From assembly GCA_963781585.1 (NCBI GenBank), contig CAWAGQ010000013.1, positions 384,001 to 448,000 on the forward strand: a stretch of 64,000 bases of DNA. Direction: 5' to 3'. A program made the translations under genes and the position numbers. This document shows, piece after piece, positions 10,490 through 20,960 of the stretch (position 1 is its first letter; each line of letters begins with the position of its first letter). The DNA comes from an uncultured Gemmatimonadaceae bacterium (GTDB lineage: Bacteria > Gemmatimonadota > Gemmatimonadetes > Gemmatimonadales > Gemmatimonadaceae). The notes beneath the pieces were generated by a model that was given only the letters and a program-made list of their open reading frames with translations, was not told the DNA's origin and did no database searches.

Positions 10490-11428
10490 TCAGGCAGGCG
10501 CGGATGCACGGCCCGGCGCGGCGATACGCGGGGCCGGCCACAGCACCACGAGGCTCACGCCGAACAGCAGGGCTCCCGCGATCGGCAGCGCGGGTTGCCC
10601 GAGCGTCAGGACCTGGAACAGCGCCGCGGATGCCACGAAGGCAACCAGCGTCCGGATCCACCGGTCGCGAGTGAAGACGAGGATGGCGGCGAGAAAGGTC
10701 AGCAGCATCGCCACAGTCCACAGCGCGACCATGATATGGTTGCCCAGGCGGTCCCGGTCGCCGCCCTCGGCGAGCTGCCGGATGCCGGTCATCATCCGGC
10801 GCTCCATGGCGAAGTGCATCGGCTCGAAGACCGACCGATCGAAGGCGACGCCCAGCAGCGAGCGGCCAGGCGCCCCTCGTCCGCGGATGAGCAGGCGCGT
10901 GGTCGAGTCGGCACGAGGTTCCACCACGAACGTCCAGCTACCGTCTTCCGGCGCCGACGGCGACGTCTCCGGCGCATGGGTGCCGAATCCCAGGGCGCGG
11001 CCGGGAATGAATACCCGAAGGGTCGCGAAGCCAATGCCGTCGGCCTTGTCCCGCGGATACATCCACAGCGAGTCGCCGACCTGCCACGATTGCGCCTCGG
11101 GTCGCAGGTAGTCCTGGATGGGCATGTCGCAGCCCACCAGGTTCTCGAGCAGGTCATAGCTGTAGAAGCCGCCCCGCGTCTGGCCGATCTGCGCGACCCA
11201 CGGCCACACGCGGTCGGCGCCCGCCTGGATCGTGATGGCGCGCGTCTCCTGGCGGGCCGCGTCAGGCACGATCGAGTCGCCGGGGAGGGCGCGATGGGTC
11301 TCGTCGCTGGAGGCGCCCCACCGCAGGTACCAGGGCCGGACGTACACGCCAAAGGCGATCGCCAGCGCGGCCAGTGCACCGAGAAACGCCAGCAGGCGCG
11401 TCGGTGTTCCGCGAGAGGTCGTCGGCAT
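10490..11428 (-). CDS. SRPBCC-like domain membrane protein
   Basis: RPWYLRWGAS.DE..RALPGD..VP, TRAITI.A...VWPWVAQIGQ.RGGFYSYD.LENL, HFAMERRMM.GI; C-terminal TM helices. Confidence 0.75.
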   Translation of the reverse strand: MPTTSRGTPTRLLAFLGALAALAIAFGVYVRPWYLRWGASSDETHRALPGDSIVPDAARQETRAITIQAGADRVWPWVAQIGQTRGGFYSYDLLENLVGCDMPIQDYLRPEAQSWQVGDSLWMYPRDKADGIGFATLRVFIPGRALGFGTHAPETSPSAPEDGSWTFVVEPRADSTTRLLIRGRGAPGRSLLGVAFDRSVFEPMHFAMERRMMTGIRQLAEGGDRDRLGNHIMVALWTVAMLLTFLAAILVFTRDRWIRTLVAFVASAALFQVLTLGQPALPIAGALLFGVSLVVLWPAPRIAAPGRASAPA

Positions 11429-11494
11429 CGCTGTAGTCTATCCGGCGTCGCGGGGCGCCACCACGGCCGGCGACGTTGCGCCGTCCCACGATGC

Positions 11495-12349
11495 TCAGAA
11501 CACCAGCATGATCCCCACCTCGGGCGCCCAGCTCGGCGCCATCGACGTGAGCCCGACCGCGTTGTTGAGCTTCAGGAAAGCGCGCGACCCGAGCTGCACC
11601 TGGGCCTCGGTGACGAACGCCACCTCGTCCTGCTCACCTTCGATCCCCGCATAGACGCGCCAGGTGGGCGACAGCCGCTTCAGGTACTCCAGCGCGTACT
11701 CGCTGAACGCCACGTTGTGATCCTGCCCGTCGTATTCCAGCGACGTGCGCACGGTGAACGTCCCGATGCGGTATCCCTTGGTGGCCCCCACGCCGAGCAC
11801 GTGGTCCCAGCTCTGCGTTCCGATCAGGATCTTGCGATTGCGCTGAAACGGGAAATCGGTCTCCCAGTAGCTGAACCATTCCGGGCGCGACGCGGTCTCG
11901 GTGCTCCAGCGCCATCGGAGTTCGGCCTGCACGTCCCCCAGGCCGGATTCCCTGATGTTCGCCGGAAGCGCGCTCGGGTCCTTCGACGACTTGCGGAGGG
12001 ATCCGACCGTATACAGCGACGCCTCGAGCTCGAGGGCCAGACGCTCGGTGAGCCCGTAACCGACAAAGAGCTGGTACTCGCGCTCGCGGTACTTCCCCCG
12101 AAAGTCGTCGGCCACACCATAGCCCATTTCAGACGGCTTGTACTCGAGGTTCTGCGCCGTGTACTCGAAGAAGGGATACAGCAGCAGCTGACCCCGATCG
12201 ACGTAGGTCCCGAACATGGACGTCGAGATGCCCGTGCCGCGGTCGCGCAGGAATGGCTGCAGCTCCTGCGCGAACGCCGGCGACGACACCACCAGCGCGC
12301 AGGCAACGGAATGGAACGAGCTGGCCAACAGGCGTCGCTGTGAGGGCAT
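11495..12349 (-). CDS. Putative outer-membrane beta-barrel / transporter-family protein
   Basis: Signal peptide ending AFAQE, alternating beta-strands, ESGLGDV motif, terminal Phe; GGAGG RBS before ATG 12349. Confidence 0.7.
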   Translation of the reverse strand: MPSQRRLLASSFHSVACALVVSSPAFAQELQPFLRDRGTGISTSMFGTYVDRGQLLLYPFFEYTAQNLEYKPSEMGYGVADDFRGKYREREYQLFVGYGLTERLALELEASLYTVGSLRKSSKDPSALPANIRESGLGDVQAELRWRWSTETASRPEWFSYWETDFPFQRNRKILIGTQSWDHVLGVGATKGYRIGTFTVRTSLEYDGQDHNVAFSEYALEYLKRLSPTWRVYAGIEGEQDEVAFVTEAQVQLGSRAFLKLNNAVGLTSMAPSWAPEVGIMLVF

Positions 12350-12655
12350 GCGTCCTCCCGAACCGATGCAGGTTGAGTGACAAGTGGCGCCAATCCGAAG
12401 GGAACGCTCGAACCCATCCGATTCGCGATGAGGCCGCTTCGCACAATCCGCCCCATGCCCGCGTGGTGTTCCGAACGTCGCGCGCCGCGCGGCGGTTCGA
12501 TACCGCCGGAGCGCGACGCCCGGCGCGTCTGCGTCTCCCGGGCTCCTTCTCTGCTTGACAGTGTTCCGGGCGATGCTTACCTGAATATCGTCAGCGCCGC
12601 GCGGGCGCGGCGGAGGCACGCGGGCGACCCCGCGGTGCCCGGAACGAACGTCGAC

Positions 12656-15600
12656 ATGGAGCGGGAGACCACTGTGGCAGACCGAGAGGCTGGATCACGC
12701 CGGCGCGACGCCGCCGCGGACCGAGCGGCCCCGATCGGGGCGGACGAGTCGTGTTTCTCGCGCCGGGGCTTTCTGGTGCACGCCAGCCAACTGGGATGCG
12801 CGCTCTCGTTTGCCGGGCCGCTGTTCAGCGGCGTGCTGGAGGCCGAGCCGACGCGTTCGGCGCTGCGGCGCGCGGGCGAGCACGTCGGAGCACCGGTGGG
12901 ACGGGCGCCGCAGCCGGCGGCGCTGTTTTCCGGACTCCGCTGGCGGATGCTGGGTCCGTTCCGGGGCGGTCGGGTCGACGCGGTGAGCGGCGTACCCGGC
13001 AGGCCTAACGAGTTCTATTTCGGTTCGGTGAACGGGGGGGTCTGGAAGTCGATCGACGCCGGTCGGGTGTGGGAGCCGGTCTTCGACAGCCAGCCGGTGG
13101 CGTCGATCGGCGCCCTGGCAGTGGCGCCGTCGGCACCCGACACGATCTATGTGGGGAGCGGTGAATCGACCTTGCGCGATTCGGTGGGATATGGCAACGG
13201 CATGTACAAGTCCACCGATGCCGGAAAGACGTGGACCCACATCGGGCTGGAGGACACGCAGCACATCGGCAAGATCGCGGTCGATCCGAGGAATCCGAAC
13301 GTGGTCTTCGTGGCGGCCATCGGCCACTTCTACGCATCCAATCCCGATCGCGGCGTCTATCGCTCGAGAGACGGTGGCCGCACCTGGCAGAAGGTCCTGT
13401 ACAAGAACGAGAACGTGGGCGCGATCGAAGTGGTAATCGATCCGACGAATTCCCAGGTGGTCTACGCGGGCCTCTGGAATACCCGTCGTCCGCCGTGGTT
13501 CACGTACGCGCCGAGCAACGGGCCGGGCGGCGGGATCTACAAGTCCACCGATGGGGGCACCACCTGGAAGCAGCTCACCAGGGGACTGCCAGGTGCAGGC
13601 ATCGGCCGGACCGGGATCGCGGTGGCACCGACCAATCCGCGGCGCGTGTACGCCGCGGTGGACTGTCTGGTGCCGGAGCGGGGCGCCGCGCAGGCCCCGC
13701 CGCCTGACGCGCCCGCCGGTGGCGGGCGCGGCGGCGGGGGCCGCGGCGGCGCACCGCCTCCGGCCCTCCAGGGCGGGTTCTTCCGCTCCGATGACGGCGG
13801 CGAATCGTGGACGCGCCTCTCCTCCGACAACGCGCTCTGGGGACGTGGCTGGTACTTCGAGCATGTGGTGACCGACCCGCGCAATGCGGACATTGTGTAC
13901 GTGTCGAATGTGTCGGTCTCGCGGTCGAAGGATGGAGGACACACGTGGGTCCCGCTCCGCGGTTCGCCGGGCGGCGACGACTACCATCAGGCCTGGGTCT
14001 CGCCGGACGATCCCGACACCATGATCGTCGCCAGCGACCAGGGATGCATCATCACGCGCAACGCCCGCACCGACGATCCGCGTGACGTGACCTGGAGCTC
14101 GTGGCTCAATCAGCCCACCGCCCAGATCTATCACGTCTCCGTGGATTACCGCTTCCCGTACTGGGTGACGGGGGCGCAGCAGGATTCCGGGTCAGTCGCC
14201 GTCTGCTCGCGCGGGAAGTTCGGCGAGATCTCCGAGCGCGACTGGGAACCCATCGGCGCCGGCGGAGAGAGCGGATACACGGCCGGCGATCCGCTGCACC
14301 CGGGCATCATCTACGGCGGCACCGGCAGCCGGTTCGACCTGGCGCTCAATCGCAACGTGCCGGGCACCACGTCGCCACGTTCACCCGAAACCGCGCGGAC
14401 CGACTGGACACAGCCGCTGGTGATCTCGAGGGCCGATCCGCGAGCGATGTACTACGCGAATCAGTTCCTGTTCAAAACCACCGACGGCGCGCAGTCATGG
14501 ACGCAGATCAGCGGCGACCTGACGCGTCCCGATTCCGGCGTCCCGTCGAATCTCGACGAGGCGTCGGCGAACGATCACGACCGGGAGCCGCGCGGCGTCA
14601 TCTACACGGTTGCGCCCTCGCCGATTCTGGTTCCGATGGTGTGGGCGGGGACCGACGACGGTCTGATCCACATGACCACCGACGACGGGAAGACCTGGCA
14701 GCAGGTGACGCCGCCGGCGGTGACGGCGTGGGCCCGGGTGACCACGGTCGAAGCGTCGCATTTCGACTTCAACAGCGCCTACGCGAGCGTCGACCGGCAT
14801 CAACTGCAGGACTTCGACCCCTACATCTATCGCACCCGCGACATGGGGAAGACCTGGCAGAAGATCACCACCGGGCTCCCCTCCGGTGTGTACGTGCACG
14901 TGGTCAAGGAAGACCCCCTGCGCCGGGGACTGCTGGTGGCCGGAACCGAGCGTGGCGCCTTCCTTTCGTTCGACGACGGCGACAGCTGGCAGCCGCTGCA
15001 GCTCAACCTTCCGACGACGTCGGTGCGTGATTTCGAGTTCTACGGGAACGACCTGATCGTGGCGACGCATGGGCGGGGGTTCTGGGTCATCGACGACATC
15101 AGTCCGCTCCGTCAGATCACCGACGAGGTCGCGCGCGCGGACGTCTACCTGTTCCAGCCGGCCGACGCCATCGCCTACGTGCAGGGCGGGGACAACGGCA
15201 CGCCGGTGCAGAAGGACGAGCCGCAGGCCGGGAATCCGCCTAACGGGGCGTACATCGACTACTATCTGAGGGCGAACGCGGCCGGGACGGTCACGCTCGA
15301 GATTCTCGACGCGGGTGGTCAGGCGCTGGAGACGTTCTCGAACGAGGAGGCCACGCCGCCGGCGGGCGGTGGGCGCGGCGGCGGACGTGGTGGCGGAATT
15401 CCCAATACCACCGCGCTGTGGCGTCCAGCGCCCACGCCGTTCGAGGTGTCCGCCGGGATGCATCGCGCGGTCTGGAATCCGGGGGGCGGCGGCCGCGGCC
15501 GTGGAGGGTTTGGCGGTGGTGGAGGGCGCGGCGGTCGCGGAGGCGGTCGTGGCGCGCCGACACTTCCAGCGACCTTCACGGCAAAGCTCACGGTGGGCGG

Positions 15601-15658
15601 GAAAAGCTATACCCAGGAGTTCACGGTGCGTCCGGATCCGCGAATGTCGGAGCGGTAA
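12656..15658 (+). CDS. Tat-exported BNR/Asp-box (Vps10-like) putative glycosyl hydrolase
   Basis: SRRGFL Tat motif, WRMLGPFRGGR, SxDxGxTW repeats, PGGDDYH, QPTAQIYHV, THGRGFWVIDD. Start ATG 12656 or GTG 12674. Confidence 0.9.
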   Translation: MERETTVADREAGSRRRDAAADRAAPIGADESCFSRRGFLVHASQLGCALSFAGPLFSGVLEAEPTRSALRRAGEHVGAPVGRAPQPAALFSGLRWRMLGPFRGGRVDAVSGVPGRPNEFYFGSVNGGVWKSIDAGRVWEPVFDSQPVASIGALAVAPSAPDTIYVGSGESTLRDSVGYGNGMYKSTDAGKTWTHIGLEDTQHIGKIAVDPRNPNVVFVAAIGHFYASNPDRGVYRSRDGGRTWQKVLYKNENVGAIEVVIDPTNSQVVYAGLWNTRRPPWFTYAPSNGPGGGIYKSTDGGTTWKQLTRGLPGAGIGRTGIAVAPTNPRRVYAAVDCLVPERGAAQAPPPDAPAGGGRGGGGRGGAPPPALQGGFFRSDDGGESWTRLSSDNALWGRGWYFEHVVTDPRNADIVYVSNVSVSRSKDGGHTWVPLRGSPGGDDYHQAWVSPDDPDTMIVASDQGCIITRNARTDDPRDVTWSSWLNQPTAQIYHVSVDYRFPYWVTGAQQDSGSVAVCSRGKFGEISERDWEPIGAGGESGYTAGDPLHPGIIYGGTGSRFDLALNRNVPGTTSPRSPETARTDWTQPLVISRADPRAMYYANQFLFKTTDGAQSWTQISGDLTRPDSGVPSNLDEASANDHDREPRGVIYTVAPSPILVPMVWAGTDDGLIHMTTDDGKTWQQVTPPAVTAWARVTTVEASHFDFNSAYASVDRHQLQDFDPYIYRTRDMGKTWQKITTGLPSGVYVHVVKEDPLRRGLLVAGTERGAFLSFDDGDSWQPLQLNLPTTSVRDFEFYGNDLIVATHGRGFWVIDDISPLRQITDEVARADVYLFQPADAIAYVQGGDNGTPVQKDEPQAGNPPNGAYIDYYLRANAAGTVTLEILDAGGQALETFSNEEATPPAGGGRGGGRGGGIPNTTALWRPAPTPFEVSAGMHRAVWNPGGGGRGRGGFGGGGGRGGRGGGRGAPTLPATFTAKLTVGGKSYTQEFTVRPDPRMSER

Positions 15659-15666
15659 TTCGGTAG

Positions 15667-15697
15667 AGGGCCAACGGGGTCGAGCCCCATTGGCCCT
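15667..15697. terminator. Hairpin between convergent genes
   Basis: AGGGCCAA-CGGGG...CCCC-A-TTGGCCCT inverted repeat between the stops at 15658 and 15718. Confidence 0.5.
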
Positions 15698-15717
15698 TCG
15701 TCGGGCGCAGCGTTGCG

Positions 15718-16971
15718 TCAGCCCGGTTCGGCCTCGTCGCCGGGCCGGGCGCCACTGGCCACCATCGCCGCCGCCGCCAGATCGCCCGTCACGTTGAACA
15801 CCGTCGACAGCGTGTCGGGAATCGCGTCCACCGCGATCAGGATCCCGATCCCCTCGGCGGGGAGGCCGATCGTCACGAACAACGGTGCCAGCATGATGAA
15901 TGCGCCCCGGGGAACTCCCGGTCCCGCGAACGACAGGAAGATCGACGCGAAGGCGACGGTGGCCAGCTGCGCGGCGTGCAAAGGAACGCCGTAGAACCAG
16001 CCGATGAAGAGCGCGCCTGCGGTCCAGGCCACCGGGGCGGCGATGTGGAAACTGGAGACCGCGAGCGGCAGCACGAAGCCGGTGACGCGATCCGGCAGCC
16101 CGAGTCCACGCTCGGCGCTCTCGACGAGCGCGGGGAGGGTGGCGATCGATGACGAGGAACCGAAAGCGATGAGTTGGGCGGGGAGCACCGCCCGGCCGAA
16201 GCGGCGCATGGGAATGCGAGCGACGAGCGATACGGCCGGATAGAGCAGGGCTGTCATGATGAGGCTGCCCAGCGAATAGGCGGCGATGTAGAACCCGATG
16301 CCGCCGGCCAGTGCACCGCCGGCCCGCGCAGCCAGCGGCAGAACGAGCGCAAATACGCCGATCGGCGCGAGCAACACGATCCAGCGCACCAGCACGAGCA
16401 TGGCCTCGCCAAGCCCTCGAAAGAACACCACCAGTGGATCCCGCACCTGGGCAGGGCTCCGCGCCACGGCCAGGGCCAGCAGCAAGGTGAAGAGAATCAG
16501 GGCGACCAGGTCGCCGTTGGCGGCCGCGGCCACCGGATTCGAGGGGATGAGCGAGATGAGCCAGTTCGCCAGGGTCTGATGCTGCCCGGCCCCCGCGATC
16601 TGACTGGCGGCTTCCGCAGCGCCTGGCGGGGGCGGTGGAGGCACGGCAGGGCGGGGCAGCAGCGCGAAAACCGAGGGCAGGAGCGGCATGACCAGGACCG
16701 CGGTGCCCGCGAGCAGCACCCCGAACACCACCAGGGTTCGCGCACCGAGCCGGCCGACCGTCCCCACATCCGTTGCCGACGCCACCCCCGTGATCAGCAG
16801 CGACACGACCAGCGGAATCACGGTCATCCGGATTGCGTTCACCCAGAGCGTTCCGGCGGGAGCAATGAAATCGGCGACCCGCAGGAGCGGAGCGCTGCCT
16901 GACGCGGCGATCGCAATGCCGCCCGCCCCGGCCGCACCGAGGGCAACGAGGACGCGCGTGCTCTCTTTCAT
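15718..16971 (-). CDS. Dicarboxylate/amino acid:cation symporter (DAACS)
   Basis: AIRMTVIPLVVSLLI, LIPSNPV, AFGSSSSIATLP, FVLPL, PGVP, LIAVD..PD...TVFNVTGD. Confidence 0.92.
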   Translation of the reverse strand: MKESTRVLVALGAAGAGGIAIAASGSAPLLRVADFIAPAGTLWVNAIRMTVIPLVVSLLITGVASATDVGTVGRLGARTLVVFGVLLAGTAVLVMPLLPSVFALLPRPAVPPPPPPGAAEAASQIAGAGQHQTLANWLISLIPSNPVAAAANGDLVALILFTLLLALAVARSPAQVRDPLVVFFRGLGEAMLVLVRWIVLLAPIGVFALVLPLAARAGGALAGGIGFYIAAYSLGSLIMTALLYPAVSLVARIPMRRFGRAVLPAQLIAFGSSSSIATLPALVESAERGLGLPDRVTGFVLPLAVSSFHIAAPVAWTAGALFIGWFYGVPLHAAQLATVAFASIFLSFAGPGVPRGAFIMLAPLFVTIGLPAEGIGILIAVDAIPDTLSTVFNVTGDLAAAAMVASGARPGDEAEPG

Positions 16972-16984
16972 GGGGCGATCGCCA

Positions 16985-17734
16985 TTACATCATCAGGTCG
17001 CCGCCGTTGATGTCGAGCGACGTACCGGTGATGTAGCCGGCCGCTTCGGAGGCAATGAAGCAGATCAGGTCCGCGACCTCCCGGGCGGTGCCGAGCCGTG
17101 GTACGGGGTATCCCGCCGCCAGGCGTTCCAGCAGGTCGGGGGTGGCGTTTTCCCGCGTCAACTCGGTATCGATCATTCCGGGACAGATCGCGTTGACGGT
17201 GATGCCCGACTTTCCGAGCTCCTTGGCCGCCGCCCGTGTCAGCCCCAGCAGACCCGCCTTGGACGCCGTGTAGTGGGAGCCGCCGAGAGTGCTGACCGTC
17301 CGTCCGGCCGACGACGAGATGTTGACCACGCGGCCGTAGGCCTGCTGCTTCATCGTCGGCAGCACCGCCCGGATGAACAGGAACGGAGCGGTGAGGTTGA
17401 CGTCGAGCGTCGCCCGCCACTCCTCCGGGCTGATGTCGGCGAATCGGGTGGAGCGGGCCATCGCCGCGTTGTTCACCAGGATGTCGATCCGCCCGAATCG
17501 GTCGAGGGTGCGCCCGACGATGGCCTCGGGCACGCCGTCAGCGGACACGTCTCCCGGCACTGCCAGGGCCCGATCGCCTAACGAGTCGGCGATCGACTCG
17601 GCACGCGCGGCATCGCGCACGTTGACGGCGACGCTCGCGCCGCGCTCGTGCAGCCGTTCGGCCGCCGCGCGACCCAGACCACGGGCCGCGCCGGTGACGA
17701 TCGCGACCCGTCCCCTGAAATCCGTCTCCGCCAT
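16985..17734 (-). CDS. SDR family NAD(P)-dependent oxidoreductase (FabG-like)
   Basis: TGAARGLG, ILVNNA, NISS, YTASKAG, VNAICPGMIDT, DINGG. Confidence 0.95.
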   Translation of the reverse strand: MAETDFRGRVAIVTGAARGLGRAAAERLHERGASVAVNVRDAARAESIADSLGDRALAVPGDVSADGVPEAIVGRTLDRFGRIDILVNNAAMARSTRFADISPEEWRATLDVNLTAPFLFIRAVLPTMKQQAYGRVVNISSSAGRTVSTLGGSHYTASKAGLLGLTRAAAKELGKSGITVNAICPGMIDTELTRENATPDLLERLAAGYPVPRLGTAREVADLICFIASEAAGYITGTSLDINGGDLMM

Positions 17735-17752
17735 CCGCGGCGACGGGTGGTC

Positions 17753-20700
17753 CTATGGATTGCCGGACGGCGGCGGACCGCCCGACCCTCCGGCCCCTCC
17801 CGGGCCACCGCCCGATCCGGGCGTTCCGACGCCGCCACCGGGGCTGGTGACGGCCACCGGGCGGGCCGCATCGCCGGTGGGACGCTTCTTCTTCAGGAAC
17901 GGCACTCCGTTGGCGATCCAGTCCGCCGCCGGTTCTCCCTTCAGGTAGTGATCGTAGAACTGCTTCATCCGCGTCTCTACGTCGTACTGATTCTCATAGC
18001 GCGTGAAGCCGTGCGCCTCCCCCTCGTACGACAGGAAAATCACCGGTTTGCCGAGGAAGCGGAGCGCGTTGTAGAACTCGACTCCCTGGATCCAGTCCAC
18101 CGATCCGTCGTTGGTGCCCTGCAGCAGCAGCAGCGGCGTGTTCATGGTCTTCGCATGAAACACCGCCGACTGGTCCATGAACAGTTCGAGATTGTCGTAG
18201 GGGTTGGTGCCGAACCGGCCCTGCCCGTAGGTGTCGTAACGATGCTGGTTGGTGCCGTTCGTCTTCCAGAGCTGGTTGAAATCGGCGACCAGGTCCGTGG
18301 CCGCGGCCCCGGCCACGATTGCCGCGAACATCTTCGATTGCGTGGAAATGTACGCCGAGCCCTGACCGGAATAGCTGTGGCCGTGCAGTCCGACGCGCTT
18401 CGGATCGGCGTATCCGAGCTCGATCACCCGCTTCACCGCGGCCTCCACCGAATTCAGCATGTCGGTGTGCGACCGCCCGGTGTGGTAGTAGATGTCGGGC
18501 TGCATAACGAGATAGCCGTTGCTCACGTAGTCGGAGAACTGCGGCGCGGTGGCGTACCGCGGTGCCTGATAGCGGTGCAGGTTCTGCGAGTTCTTCTCGT
18601 AATAATCCACCAGCATCGGGAGCTTCTGTCCCGCCTGGTAGTCGTCGGGAATGGCCAGCGTGCCCTGCAGCTTGTGTCCGTCCTTGTCCTTGTAGTCGAA
18701 CAGAATGCGATGGCCCCACGCGTATTCGGCCTGCTGCGGGTTGGCGTTCGTCACGCGTTGCGGATTCGCGAAATGGCTGTCGCTCACCCAATAGTCCGGG
18801 AATTGCTCGAACGTCTCGCGCGTGAACAGCAGTCGATCGGCATCGCGGGCCTTGATCGGTCGTCCGATCGAGGCGTCCTCGTAGATGAGCGGCCTGAGCG
18901 TGTCGCCGTCCAGCTCGTAGTAGCCGTCCTTCTTCGTCAGGTCGCCGAATGCCGAGAGGGTCACCGGTTTGGAGAGATCGATCGTGCGATCCTGGCCGGC
19001 GCCGCCGCCGCGGCCGCCGCCGCCCGGCACACCGGGACCCGGAGGCGCCGTGGGATCGTCCGGTGGCTCGATCCGTTCGTAGCGGAATCGAATGCCTTCA
19101 CGCGTCCCCACGCCGTTGGTCAGATTGCGTGGCGGCGTCCTGCCGTCGAGCGAGACCAGCCACAGGTCGTACTGGTGGTCGAGGATCACCGACTTGCCGT
19201 CCTTGCTGAATCCGGAGATGCCGTAGGGCGGCTTCTCGCCCAGGTGATCCTCTTCGACATTCACGAAGCTGACCGGGGCCCCCTTCGTGATGCTGGTGTG
19301 CGTGTTCGCGGCAATGTCGTAGGCCCAGATCTGGCCGCCCTTCCAGTACAGCATCACGTGACCGTCCGGCGACAGCCCCAGCGTGCGCTCCTGGCCCTTG
19401 AGCACCGACGTGCGTTCTCCCGTCCCGGTGCTCACCCGATAGTAGTCGGCCAGCTGCGGCTTCCAGTCGTCGATGTAGCTGTGGTCGTCCTGGCCGATGC
19501 CCCAGCGGCCGTCCTTCGTGATCTGCACGGTCTGCATCAGCGTGTCGGCGAGCGGGACGACGCGCTTCTCGTCCAGGAGCACGCTCGCGACGTACGTCCG
19601 ATTGCGATCCCTGGCGGCGCGGGCCATCTGCACCGACTGGATATAGGGATCCTTCCAGTGCCACACGTCGACGTTGGCAACCGGCTCCTCGGCCACGGTC
19701 GAGTCACGCCTGACGGGCGGCCGCGCTTCCTGCGCCTTCAGGCCGACGAAGATGCGGGAGTGATCGGGGCTCCAGGAAATGTTTCCCTTCTCGCTCATCA
19801 CCATGCCCGTGGGAAGCCCGCTCACGTCGGACGGGCCGAGGGTCCATGACGCCGGCTCCGGTCCATCGAGCTCGGCAAAGGCGACAAGTGAATTCTCCCT
19901 CTCCGTGAAACCACGGCGGTCCACGCCGCGCAGCGCGGCCACCGCCGTTCCCGAATCGTCCCAGGTGAGCCGCGAGTAGTCGGCGCGTGCATTGTCCAGC
20001 GCGCGCCGCAGCCCGTGCTCCACCGACTCCACGAACAGGCCGTTCCCTTCGCGATCGGCCGCCGCGACGGTGTAGGCGAGGAAGGTCCCCGATCGATTGA
20101 ACTCGGCGTCCGAAACACTTCCAATGAGCTCGTCGTGGCCGTCGCGCAGGTTGTGGAGGATGAGATCCGTGCCCTCGGTCGCCGGCGGCGCGCCGGCGTT
20201 GCCGCCGCGGCCTCCACCGCCGCCGCCGCCACCACCCGCCCCCCGGCCCCCCGCTCCCGCGGTCGTCGCACCCGGCCGCGCCTTGCGCACGAACAGCGCG
20301 CCCGAGCCCTTGGCGAACGAGAACGACGCCACGTTGTCCCAGCTGACCGTCGCCGCGGTGGAAAGGTTTTGCAACTCGACCTTCTCCGGCACCGGGCTTC
20401 GATTGTTCTGCAGCCGCTCCTGTTCCTTGACCGGCAGCGAGAGGAAGTAGGCGACCCATCGCGAGTCGTCGGAGAACTGCGGGCGCGCCGCCCGCGCGAT
20501 CCGCTGCTCGGTCCCGCTCGCGAGATTGCGCACGAACAGGGTGTCGTCCGTCTTGCGCTGCTGATACCCGTAGGTCGCCCAGGTCCCATCATCGGAAATG
20601 GCGACATAGCGCACGGTGCGCCAGCGCGCGTAGTCGGCAATCGTGAGCGCCTGCTTCGCGCTGACCGGCGACGGGTGCGCCGCGGCGGACTGCACGGCAG

Positions 20701-20824
20701 CCGCGCGGCCCTCGTCGCCGTTGCGCTGCGCGGCGAGGGGCGCGGCCGCCGCGATCAGCACGACGGCCGGGAGGAGAAGCGAGAACGCGCGGCAGGCGCC
20801 GCGTGGGTGATCGAGAGTGCGCAT
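17753..20824 (-). CDS. Secreted S9 (prolyl oligopeptidase-family) serine peptidase
   Basis: Signal peptide, propeller region, VDVWHWKD, triad motifs GHSYSG / QGTNDGSV / GEAHG. Confidence 0.92.
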   Translation of the reverse strand: MRTLDHPRGACRAFSLLLPAVVLIAAAAPLAAQRNGDEGRAAAVQSAAAHPSPVSAKQALTIADYARWRTVRYVAISDDGTWATYGYQQRKTDDTLFVRNLASGTEQRIARAARPQFSDDSRWVAYFLSLPVKEQERLQNNRSPVPEKVELQNLSTAATVSWDNVASFSFAKGSGALFVRKARPGATTAGAGGRGAGGGGGGGGGRGGNAGAPPATEGTDLILHNLRDGHDELIGSVSDAEFNRSGTFLAYTVAAADREGNGLFVESVEHGLRRALDNARADYSRLTWDDSGTAVAALRGVDRRGFTERENSLVAFAELDGPEPASWTLGPSDVSGLPTGMVMSEKGNISWSPDHSRIFVGLKAQEARPPVRRDSTVAEEPVANVDVWHWKDPYIQSVQMARAARDRNRTYVASVLLDEKRVVPLADTLMQTVQITKDGRWGIGQDDHSYIDDWKPQLADYYRVSTGTGERTSVLKGQERTLGLSPDGHVMLYWKGGQIWAYDIAANTHTSITKGAPVSFVNVEEDHLGEKPPYGISGFSKDGKSVILDHQYDLWLVSLDGRTPPRNLTNGVGTREGIRFRYERIEPPDDPTAPPGPGVPGGGGRGGGAGQDRTIDLSKPVTLSAFGDLTKKDGYYELDGDTLRPLIYEDASIGRPIKARDADRLLFTRETFEQFPDYWVSDSHFANPQRVTNANPQQAEYAWGHRILFDYKDKDGHKLQGTLAIPDDYQAGQKLPMLVDYYEKNSQNLHRYQAPRYATAPQFSDYVSNGYLVMQPDIYYHTGRSHTDMLNSVEAAVKRVIELGYADPKRVGLHGHSYSGQGSAYISTQSKMFAAIVAGAAATDLVADFNQLWKTNGTNQHRYDTYGQGRFGTNPYDNLELFMDQSAVFHAKTMNTPLLLLQGTNDGSVDWIQGVEFYNALRFLGKPVIFLSYEGEAHGFTRYENQYDVETRMKQFYDHYLKGEPAADWIANGVPFLKKKRPTGDAARPVAVTSPGGGVGTPGSGGGPGGAGGSGGPPPSGNP

Positions 20825-20960
20825 GGCCGTCTCCAGCAAGAGCGCGATGTGGGGCGTGAAACGGGTGGCGAGTCGGGAGCGACGCCGACCCTAACGTACG
20901 GTCGGACCGGACGCCGCGACAGGAGCGGCGTCCGGAGGACCGGCGGTTGCGCGATGCGCG

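Noticed and set aside
12555..12583. Sigma-70 promoter with perfect TTGACA
   Set aside because: The -10 region at 17-nt spacing (TACCTG) is a poor match, so it is not called.
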